NCBI GenBank assembly: GCA_964016885.1 | Contig: OZ024740.1 | Coordinates: 301,072,001-301,136,000 of the forward strand | Direction: 5' to 3' | Source: Eledone cirrhosa | Lineage: Eukaryota | DNA: 64,000 nt | Shown here: positions 27,541 through 38,123 of the stretch, in pieces | How the letters are laid out: the number at the start of each line of letters is the position of its first letter | How positions within the stretch are numbered: position 1 is the first letter of the stretch | Position numbers and translations under genes: made by a program | Notes under the pieces: generated by a model | Seen by the model: only the letters and a program-made list of their open reading frames with translations | The model's database searches: none | What the model was told of the DNA's origin: nothing

Positions 27541-27625
<85 letters not shown>

Positions 27626-27729
27626 TTTACAATCCTTATATTAAACTAAAAGTATGTTGACAATATTTTAATAATGTATTCTTTGTGAAATTTGCGCTCT
27701 TGTTTTGTTTAACTAATAATATATATATA

Positions 27730-27901
<172 letters not shown>

Positions 27902-29022
27902 AATGATGGCTGCGCGTTGCAAATGGGGTGCATATAAAAAGTAAGTCCTTCATCAGTGACCCTCCAACCGTCCCAGCCATTTCATCGCTTTAAGTGCCAT
28001 ATACCTCAGGTTGGTGCGAACAACGGCTAAAAAAAGTCGTTGGGACACGTAAATAAAGGGGACGTTAGGGTAACAAACAAAATGGTTTAAGCAACGGAAA
28101 GTGAGAAGAAATAGACAAGTCCCAGATCACTATGAATATAAACTCGGTGAAATCGTGAACAAGAGACAAAAGACCATCAAACCTGGTTGTAATGTGAGCA
28201 AGGAAGGAATTTCGCACAAGTCTAACGGGGGGAAAAAGAAGAAGAAGAAGAAGAAGAAGAAGAAGAAGAAGAAGAAGAAGAAGAAGAAGAAGAAGAAGAA
28301 GAAGAAGAAGAAGAAGAAGAAGAAGAAGAAGAAGAAGAAGAAGAAGGGGTCTGGTCTATGAATTCGGTAAACATAAGTTTTGTGAAGTCGCAGACGAAAG
28401 AGAGAGAGAGAAAAAGGTTTCATACCGGCTTGACCAAGAACCCGCGAGAAAAGAATTACACACAGGTCAAACGGGAAGGAAGAGGAGGAAAGAGGAGGAG
28501 GAGAGGTAGTGACAGAGAATGAGTGAGTGAAAGTTGAGGAGGAGGCTAACAGAGAGAGAGACTGCTAGAAAGGGTAAAGGTACAAAGAACGAAACAGACG
28601 GGTAGCAGCAGAAGAAAAATTATGTGTAAATATGATAATAATGATGGCTGCGCGTTGCAAATGGGGTGCATATGAAAAAGTAAGTCCTTCATCAGTGACC
28701 CTCCAACCGTCCCAGGCATTTCATCGCTTTAAGGGCCATATACCTCAGGTTGGTGCGAACAACGGCTAAAAAAAGTCGTTGGGACACGTAAATAAAGGGG
28801 ACGTTAGGGTAACAAACAAAATGGTTTAAGCAACAGAAAGTGAGAGGAAAGAGACAAGTCCCAGATCTCTATGAATATAAACTCGGTGAAATCGTGAACA
28901 AGAGACAAAAGACCATCAAACCTGGTTGGTCAAGTCGGTATAACATTTTTTTCTCTCTCTCTCTTTCGCCTGCGACTTCACAAAACTTATGTTTACCGAA
29001 TTCGTAGACCAGACCCCTTCTT

Positions 29023-29142
<120 letters not shown>

Positions 29143-29149
29143 GTTATTG

Positions 29150-32100
29150 TTATTCCTTGAATCTCAGTCATTGATGTTGGTTAACTGGAAAGTCCGTTGG
29201 ATTGAATATCAAGCCACTACCTGCAGCCTCAGATATTCAGGACGTATCGGAGGGTTCTTGCCGTTCCAAGCAAGCATGCCTTTTGAAGCGTTCCAAAAAG
29301 CGTGAAGGGGCCGATTTTCTTTAACCATCCCTGGAAACCTTTGGAGATAGTCCCCAGTGCGCCTATGACAATCGGGATCACTTTGACTTCATGGTAGTTC
29401 CAAATCCTTTTCACCTCCCACTTTAGGTCCTGGTATCGGTTAATTGTCTCCCTCTCCTTCTCTTGCACTCTCGTGTCGAACGGGCAGGCCACATCCACAA
29501 TCAGGCACGATCTTTTTTCTTTGTCCACAACCACCAGGTCAGGTCTATTGTGTTCCAGTTTTTTGTCCGTCTGTACCCTAAAATCCCACAGCACCTTCAC
29601 CTGACTGTTCTCCATCACCGCCTCTGGCCTATGCTCATACCATTTCTCAGAATGTGGTAGATTGTTTACTTTGCACAGGTGCCAGTGGATCACCCTGCCC
29701 ATCACATCGTGTCTCCAGCCATTATAGTGGGTCTGGGCTAGGTGTTTACACTCGGACACAATGTGAGCCACAGTCTCCTCTCTCTCTCCACAGATCCTGC
29801 ACAGTGGGCTAGCCTCCTCCTTGTAGATATGGTGCTTCAACCACTTCGTTTTGAGGGCCTGCTCCTGCGCAGCCATTAGCATTCCTTCTGTAGCCTTTTT
29901 GAGGTCTCCTCTTCTCAACCAGTTCCATGTCTGTGGATCTCTAAATTCAGTTTTCTCAAAGAAGGTACTATGAAGGGATTTTCCCTTAAGGCTGCTCTTC
30001 CTCCTTGATGTTATTTCCTCCTTGGGTATCCCCTGGCCTACTGTCCCCTCCTTCAGTACAGCTCTGAGCATTGGCTCCTTACTATAGGTCACGTATTTGT
30101 ATAGGTTGTTTTTCTCCATCTGAACACAGTCCTCTATGCTGATAAGACCTCTTCCACCCTCAGATCTCCTTAGGTAGAGTCTATCGACATCACTCCTCTT
30201 GTGGAACATGTTGTAGATAGTCAATAGCTTCCTAGTCTTCCTATCCATTTCTTTTTGTTCAGCAACATTCCATCTCAGGATTCCCGCACTGTACCTAATA
30301 ATAGACACAGCTCGGGAATTTACTGCGCTTATGGCATTTCTGCTGTTCAGATGTGACTTCAATACGCTCCTTACTCTCCGAATGTATTCAGTTCTTAACA
30401 ATTCCTTCATTTTTTTGTTCTTTATGCCATCAGCCTCCAGAACGCCCAAATACTTGTATCCTTCCTCAGAGTCAATTTCCTTTATCATCTCACCTGTTGG
30501 TATCTGGATCCCGTTACTTCTGCTCAACCTACCCCTCCTCATCACAATGACTCCACATTTACCAATACCAAACTGCATACATATATCACTGCTGAAAATA
30601 CGGACAGTGTCAACAAGCACATCCAACTCCTTCTCACTTTTCCCGAAGAGCTTAAGATCGTCCATGAAGAGGAGGTGATTGATGGTAAGCTCTCCCCTTC
30701 CCAACTTGTATCCTGCTCTCACTTTTCGCAGCATAATGGTCAAGGGCATCAGGGCAAGGACAAACAACAGAGGGGACAGGCTATCTCCCTGGAAGATACC
30801 TCTCTTGATCTTCACGCTTCCCAAGGATACTCCAGTTGATGTCAACTCTGTCTCCCAGGACCCCATACTCCTGCCCAGCAACTGTCTGATGTTATCTGCC
30901 ACCCTGAAGATCTCCAGGCTTTTGGTGATCCAGGAATGAGGCACCATGTCAAATGCCTTTCTGTAGTCTATCCATCCCATGGCAAGATCAGTGTGTCTCC
31001 TCCTGCAATTCCCCATTACCATCTTATCAATAAGCAACTGGTCCTTTGTACCACGTGACTTCTTTCGGCATCCTTTCTGTTCGTCCGGCAACAAGTTGTT
31101 TGTGTGGAGGTGATGGTAGATTTCCTCAGACACAATGCTCGTCAACAGTTTCCACATTACGGGCAGACATGTGATAGGTCTATAGTTGGTAACATCATTA
31201 CCTTTGATTCGGTCTTTCATTATCAGAACTGTGGTACCTTTTGTCAACCACTCTGGCACCTCACCCGACACCAAGCAGTCATTGAACATGGCCGTCAGCT
31301 TCGGGTGGAGGGATGTTAAATGTTTAATCCAATACCCCTGCACACCATCTGGGCCTGGTGATTTCGAGTTGGTTAGTTTTTTGGCTTGCCCCTTAAGAGT
31401 TTCAACTGTGATACTCAAATCAGTCTGTTGCTGTGCCTGCTCACCGATCTCCCTCTGTACTGTCTCAATCCACCCTGCCTGGGCATTGTGTCTAACATCC
31501 TGCTCCCATATTCCTCTCCAGAATGTTTTAGCTTGTTCCGCCCAAGGGATCAAGTCGTTGCCTCTTTCTTTCCCCTCAAGCTGTCCAAACACCATCTTCT
31601 GGTTGTTGTCGAACATGCGGTTATGTTTATACTGACTGACTCTGTTCTCGTATCGCCTGATTTTGGCACTCTTTGCTACAATGCGTTGCTTCAATTCCTC
31701 TATGATAATATTTAGCTTTTTACTCCTAGTTTTGTATTTTATTTCCAGTCTATTTTTAGTGCCTATGTTTTTTAGTGTCCCATTCAGTAGTGACTCAAGC
31801 TTTCCTATGTCATTTCTCATTTCCCCGATTTGCCCACTCAGTCGCTTCCTCCACCACGGCTCTGCTCTTTCTTGTCTGTTGTTTCCTCTCGCTTTTATAC
31901 CAAGTAGTTTCCTCACCGTATTTGCTGTTGCTTTGAGGATATTGTTGCACTGGTGAAGACTCCTCGCCTCAAGGTATGGGATGACTTTGTTTACCTTAGC
32001 TGTTGTTTCTTTTAACTTTTTCCTGTCTACAAATCTTAGGTTCATAGGTCTCCTACTATCATTGTTCAACTCATCTACCACTAAATTTAGGATGTCAACC

Positions 32101-32505
32101 GAATCTTGTCCTAGCCCGTCAGCATTCATCTCCTCAGTGGCCGTATCTCTGTTCCAGGTATTATTTATCTCAGTATTCAGATCATTGTCTGCTTCGGGTG
32201 GTTCCTCCGTTCTCAGGACCTCCTCACCTTCATTTCCCTGCCGGCTCGCTTGTCTGGCATACTACACCCGCCATCTCCAAGCCATTCTCTCTGCTCAGTT
32301 CCTCCAGTTCCAGCTCGCTTATCCACTAGTTCTTATTACCCGAGCCTGCCCGGCCAATTTTTGTTCATCTAATTTAAATAAACCAATCTCGTTCCAGATG
32401 TTATGCATCCGTCTCCTGTAGCCCCTCTCCTTGGGGTTACTTTTCAGGTAGCATTGCATAACAGTTCTATTCAATTCTTTCGTCCAGTTGGTTCTGGCCC
32501 CTTTC
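29150..32505 (-). mobile_element. R4/Dong-clade non-LTR retrotransposon, near full-length, between (TAA)n tracts
   Basis: 966-aa ORF plus a frameshifted N-terminus (RTNWTKELNRTVMQCYLKSNPKERGYRRRMHNIW...EQKLAGQARVI at ~32320-32500). ~80-nt 3' UTR; (TTA)n on both sides. Confidence 0.92.
29229..32129 (-). CDS. Reverse transcriptase + CCHC zinc knuckle + restriction-like endonuclease (R4/Dong ORF)
   Basis: KSPGPDG, NYRPITCL, WIDYRKAFDMVPH, RGIFQGDSLSPLLF, LLFMDDLKL; CRICGEREETVAHIVSEC; RHD; NRPDLVVVD...IVDVACPFD. Confidence 0.93.
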   Translation of the reverse strand: MNADGLGQDSVDILNLVVDELNNDSRRPMNLRFVDRKKLKETTAKVNKVIPYLEARSLHQCNNILKATANTVRKLLGIKARGNNRQERAEPWWRKRLSGQIGEMRNDIGKLESLLNGTLKNIGTKNRLEIKYKTRSKKLNIIIEELKQRIVAKSAKIRRYENRVSQYKHNRMFDNNQKMVFGQLEGKERGNDLIPWAEQAKTFWRGIWEQDVRHNAQAGWIETVQREIGEQAQQQTDLSITVETLKGQAKKLTNSKSPGPDGVQGYWIKHLTSLHPKLTAMFNDCLVSGEVPEWLTKGTTVLIMKDRIKGNDVTNYRPITCLPVMWKLLTSIVSEEIYHHLHTNNLLPDEQKGCRKKSRGTKDQLLIDKMVMGNCRRRHTDLAMGWIDYRKAFDMVPHSWITKSLEIFRVADNIRQLLGRSMGSWETELTSTGVSLGSVKIKRGIFQGDSLSPLLFVLALMPLTIMLRKVRAGYKLGRGELTINHLLFMDDLKLFGKSEKELDVLVDTVRIFSSDICMQFGIGKCGVIVMRRGRLSRSNGIQIPTGEMIKEIDSEEGYKYLGVLEADGIKNKKMKELLRTEYIRRVRSVLKSHLNSRNAISAVNSRAVSIIRYSAGILRWNVAEQKEMDRKTRKLLTIYNMFHKRSDVDRLYLRRSEGGRGLISIEDCVQMEKNNLYKYVTYSKEPMLRAVLKEGTVGQGIPKEEITSRRKSSLKGKSLHSTFFEKTEFRDPQTWNWLRRGDLKKATEGMLMAAQEQALKTKWLKHHIYKEEASPLCRICGEREETVAHIVSECKHLAQTHYNGWRHDVMGRVIHWHLCKVNNLPHSEKWYEHRPEAVMENSQVKVLWDFRVQTDKKLEHNRPDLVVVDKEKRSCLIVDVACPFDTRVQEKERETINRYQDLKWEVKRIWNYHEVKVIPIVIGALGTISKGFQGWLKKIGPFTLFGTLQKACLLGTARTLRYVLNI

Positions 32506-32522
32506 CATTATTATTATTATTC

Positions 32523-32580
<58 letters not shown>

Positions 32581-33117
32581 CCCCCCCCCCCCGTTAGACT
32601 TGTGCGAAATTCCTTCCTTGCTCACATTTTAACCAGGTTTGATGGTCTTTTGTCTCTTGTTCACGATTTCACCGAGTTTATATTCATAGAGATCTGGGAC
32701 TTGTCTATTTCTTCTCACTTTCCGTTGCTTAAACCATTTTGTTTGTTACCCTAACGTCCCCTTTATTTACGTGTCCCAACGACTTTTTTTAGCCGTTGTT
32801 CGTACCAACCTGAGGTATAAGGCCCTTAAAGCGATGAAATGCCTGGGACGGTTGGAGGGTCACTGATGAAGGACTTACTTTTTCATATATATATATATAT
32901 ATATATGAAAATGTATGCCCCGGGTTCATATATTTTCATATTACCCACTGTACTCCCCTTAGTATTGAGTACTCTGGTGCGTTATGGACCATCTGGATCC
33001 TTACCACAACTCCTTCATTATATATATATATATATATATACGCACACCACACATATATATATATGTGTGTGTGTGTGTGTGTATGTATGTATGGAATGAG
33101 CTTATATGCTTATAATG

Positions 33118-33201
<84 letters not shown>

Positions 33202-33511
33202 TATATATATATAATTTTCTATGGTGTTTTAATATTTTTAATTTGTTATATTTCTGATAGAATATTGAGACCATTAGAGGTATTCATTTTGTTACAATAG
33301 GTTCGTTTAGAACCGTGTTTTCTTGCCAATATGGCGCTCTATCAGAATATATTCGCATATTATCAAACATACAGCAGATTATGGTACACATTTATATGCA
33401 TACGTTTTCTGACATCGAGTAATATGTTTCTGTGTAGCTTACTAATTTTCTTCTTTCTCATTCTCTCATTCCTATCTTTCTCTCAATATATTCGCCAAAC
33501 ACTCACAAACA

Positions 33512-33542
<31 letters not shown>

Positions 33543-33572
33543 GCACATACGTGCACAAACACTCGCACACGC

Positions 33573-33694
<122 letters not shown>

Positions 33695-34957
33695 ATTTGT
33701 GTGTGTGTAAATCTGCACCCATGTGTATGTGCGCATTTGGAGCTATCTCTATCTTACAGCTGAGTAGCGCTTGGAAGGACGATTGTAACCGTGGAATAGA
33801 GTGCATCGGAACAAACGTGTTCCTAATAGTTTATTCATTGTACTTTTAATTTACTTATGATGTTGTAATCAATCTTTGATTTATTTCTTTACAATGAATT
33901 GCGTCAGTATTGTTAACATTTTTGGGGCAGTTGTGTGTCTTAAGTTGGTTTGTTTGGCTGCATTCATAGTTGAAAAGATAAAACACATGGAGAGCTAAAT
34001 TACTATGAAGTAAGGAAAGGCAAAGTATTAGCTCCCAGTCTTACGTCTACATCTATTAAATAGGTACAGGTAACCGTTGGCGTATCTCTATAGTTTACGA
34101 AAGAACATGTTCTAACCGTTCTAGCTGGACTGTAGCACATCATGCAGTTGAGTTAGTTATTCAAACATCTAAGCTATTTAATTGGATTTTTGCTTAGGCA
34201 GTTAGTTGTACTCTTCTTTCATTCTTTTATATCTATTGTTTTCTATTCGTTAGATGTTGTTTTAATATTGTGTTATTTGTTCTTAAATGTTTGATTTTGT
34301 TCTTATCTGTTTAGACTATGCATTTTATTTGGTACTGTTAGCTATGTTATTCGTGTTGGTTAGGATAAGTCTCTAAAATTTAATTTTGTTTATTATTATT
34401 TTTTTCTGAGGACACAGCTCCCATGCTATAAGTATGTGGATAATATATCTCAGGAATTATTTGCTTGGCAAATTTTTCGAGAAAAACAACAACCAGAAGA
34501 AGATGCAGTGTAGACCACGAGCAAAATTGTTGGATACCATCTATGAGTTTGGCTGGTCTTTTTTGGTTGTCCAGCCGGATCAGAAAACGGTTGCTTCTCA
34601 CAGGACCCGCTGCAAGGTGTGATTGAGGACTCTTTCTCCACGACCCTCTCATAAAAACGTGGGTGAAGAAGAAGACATGTTCCGGTAAGACAACGTCAGT
34701 CAGATGAGTACCATTAAGACGACGCAAGTCAGAAGAGTACGATTAATTAGTTTTCACGATAGTGCGTGTGAAAGCAAAGTTTTGGTTTCTATACCAATCG
34801 AAACCGGTTATATTTAATGCAACAATTATAACATTATTTATTCTGTTGGATTAGAGAAAAAAGGATATTTAAATTTACTTATGAGCATCTACACATTTTA
34901 ACTACAACCATTGTTTTGTATGGAAATTTACCGCTTCTTTTTATATATATATTGATA

Positions 34958-35113
<156 letters not shown>

Positions 35114-35288
35114 AACAAAAAGTCGACAATGTTTAGCGAACACCGTACGGCGTAAATCGGGCCGTTTGTTTACAAACAAACCGAACATTTTAATAAATGT
35201 TCGGTAAACCCAAACGTACATGTATATATGTATGCATGTATGCGTGCATGTACGTCTGTACACATATATGTATGTACGTATACATACT

Positions 35289-35349
<61 letters not shown>

Positions 35350-35457
35350 AAACTTTGGGAGGGTCATGTTACCAATAAGGAAGATATATAAGTATCACAA
35401 TATCGGTTTCAACACACGATTTCAGATAAAGAATCTTGCTAAACAAATTCAGAAACG

Positions 35458-35488
<31 letters not shown>

Positions 35489-35657
35489 TATATACATATA
35501 TATATACATATTTGAAAAGAGGCGGTAAAATTCCATACAAAAGAATGGTTATAGTTAAAAAGTGTTTATGCTCAGAAGTATATTTAAGTATCCTTTTTTT
35601 CTTTAATCCAGCACAATGAATAATTTTATAATTTGTTGCTTTAAATATGTGTTTATA

Positions 35658-35800
<143 letters not shown>

Positions 35801-35824
35801 ACACTGTTATATGTATATATGGAA

Positions 35825-35915
35825 GGAGTTTGATGAGACGCGGATTACAGTGTCAGAACAGATCGATACGGATCCACCCTTGAGGTGATCAGTGGCGAAA
35901 CGCGCATCACCAACT
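35825..35915 (+). ncRNA. Hammerhead-like motif, UUGAUGA core, long stem II
   Basis: TTGATGA gacgcggatt...gatcagtggc GAAA cgcgca TC. Diverged relative of 37088-37180. Confidence 0.4.
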
Positions 35916-35947
35916 ATATATATGTATATATATATATATTTATATAA

Positions 35948-36019
<72 letters not shown>

Positions 36020-36021
36020 AC

Positions 36022-36115
<94 letters not shown>

Positions 36116-36139
36116 GTATAAATATATATATATGTATAC

Positions 36140-36529
36140 GATGATATTGAATAAATGGAAGCTATATTTATAAAACCATATTTATTTTATTATATATATT
36201 TCAAGGGCAACCAAGCCAACCTTGGTGCGCTTTCATCAGATAAAATACAATTTTTTTTTTTTAATAAATAAAGACATACACATAAGGTTGAATCTTCATT
36301 AGTATGTCTTTATTTATAAAACAAATTTGGTATTTTATTTGATGAAAGCGCACCAAAGTTGGCTTTGTTGCCCTTGAAATATATATATAAAATAAATATG
36401 GTTTTATAAATATAGCTTCCATTTATTTAATATCACGGAATATTTACTACAGTAAATTCTTGTTGGTTTCTTTAAATCAGATATAAACATTTACGTTTGT
36501 CGAAATCCTAACAAATTAAATACAACTTC

Positions 36530-36530
<1 letters not shown>
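36140..36530. mobile_element. Mini fold-back PLE pseudo-LTR with two opposed hammerhead motifs
   Basis: ~36143-36280 is inverted vs ~36302-36435. Minus motif: tattttat CTGATGA ... GAAA tatata TA ataaaata (36183-36247); the plus copy has TTGATGA. Same family as 8770-8965. Confidence 0.75.
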
Positions 36531-36599
<69 letters not shown>

Positions 36600-36608
<9 letters not shown>

Positions 36609-37068
36609 TTAAGTCGTTTGTAAGCCTCGACAATGCAAATGGGTAAATCTCCGGGTAACAAGGTCCGGTGGTGGAGAGAGAGATGTAGTGGGTGTACGTT
36701 GAGATGCGTGGTGTGTATAAGATGTGTGAGATGTGTAGAATGAAGGGAAGGGTATAAAGGATAAAAATAAAAATAACAACACAAGAGAGAGTTACCAAGC
36801 TAACTCTCTCTTGTGTTGTTACCAAGGTAACTCTCTCTTGTGTTGTTATTTTTTATTTTTATCTTTTATACTCTTCCCTTCATTCTACACATCTCACACA
36901 TCTTATACACACCACGCATCTCAACGTACACCCACTTACGTTTCTCTCTCCACCACCGGACCTTGTTACCCGGAGATTTACCCATTTGCATTGTCGAGGC
37001 TTCCGAACGACTTAAAGATATTTACATATTGTTCCACAATGCTTCAAGCAAACTTCAATACTCTCATA
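36600..37068. mobile_element. Mini fold-back repeat (related to 47295-47800)
   Basis: 36603-36795 is inverted vs ~36826-37022. The tail cacaatgcttcaagcaaact is shared with ~47770-47800. Confidence 0.7.
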
Positions 37069-37087
37069 TATATATATATATATATAT

Positions 37088-37176
37088 AGTTGGTGACGCG
37101 CGTTTCGCCACCGATCAGCCCAAGGTTCGATCTGTATCGATGTGACCTGATTCTGTAATCGGCGGCTCATCAAATC

Positions 37177-37180
<4 letters not shown>
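37088..37180 (-). ncRNA. Hammerhead-like motif, UUGAUGA core, 10-bp stem II base with insertion
   Basis: rc: TTGATGA gccgccgatt...gatcggtggc GAAA cgcgcg TC. Stem III is the palindrome ACGCGCGT; stem I is poorly paired. Confidence 0.5.
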
Positions 37181-37227
<47 letters not shown>

Positions 37228-37347
37228 TATAGACATAGAATATTCGAAAATATTCTGTATGTTTATAATAAACATTTTGAAGACCTAATCGCTATAGAAT
37301 AGAATACGTCACGTATTACAATTAGATTCTCGATAAAAGCAAGGGAA

Positions 37348-37390
37348 GTAATCTACGCGTTTCATTCTTGTTAGAAATCATCAGGACTAC
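37348..37390 (-). ncRNA. Type I hammerhead ribozyme (minus-strand copy; second at 37658-37700)
   Basis: Exact reverse complement of 38081-38123. Confidence 0.85.
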
Positions 37391-38080
37391 ATATCCAGTG
37401 CTTTTATCGAGAATGACACAGCTAGAGACTTATAGAATACTTAGCTGTGTACAGGAACTGGTTTGAAAGAGCGGTTGCCGGTCCGGCAGAAATTAGAAAT
37501 TGGAATAAATGCTCTGAAATAGCGATATATATGTGAATATAGACATAGAATATTCGAAAATATTCTGTATGTTTATAATAAACATTTTGAAGACCTAATC
37601 GCTATAGAATAGAATACGTCACGTATTACAATTAGATTCTCGATAAAAGCAAGGGAAGTAATCTACGCGTTTCATTCTTGTTAGAAATCATCAGGACTAC
37701 ATATCCAGTGCTTTTATCGAGAATGACACAGCTAGAGACTTATAGAATACTTAGCTGTGTACAGGAACTGGTTTGAAAGAGCGGTTGCCGGTCCGGCAGA
37801 AATTAGAAATTGGAATAAATGCTTTTATCGAGAATCTAATTGTAATACGTGACGTATTCTATTCTATAGCGATTAGGTCTTCAAAATGTTTATTATAAAC
37901 ATACAGAATATTTTCGAATATTCTATGTCTATATTCACATATATATCGCTATTTCAGAGCATTTATTCCAATTTCTAATTTCTGCCGGACCGGCAACCGC
38001 TCTTTCAAACCAGTTCCTGTACACAGCTAAGTATTCTATAAGTCTCTAGCTGTGTCATTCTCGATAAAAGCACTGGATAT

Positions 38081-38123
38081 GTAGTCCTGATGATTTCTAA
38101 CAAGAATGAAACGCGTAGATTAC
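38081..38123 (+). ncRNA. Type I hammerhead ribozyme (first of 12 + strand copies, spaced every 310 bp)
   Basis: gtagtc CTGATGA t-ttct-aaca-agaa-t GAAA cgcg TA gattac: 6-bp stem I, 4-bp stem II, palindromic ACGCGT stem III, GUA cleavage after 38117. Confidence 0.85.

Noticed and set aside
27905-27965. Hammerhead in the 27900/28640/32860 repeat (CTGATGA...GCAAcgcgc)
   Set aside because: GAAA and the cleavage U are altered and the stems are unconvincing; at best a relic.
29463-32421. Series of + strand ORFs
   Set aside because: Antisense shadows of the R4/Dong ORF.
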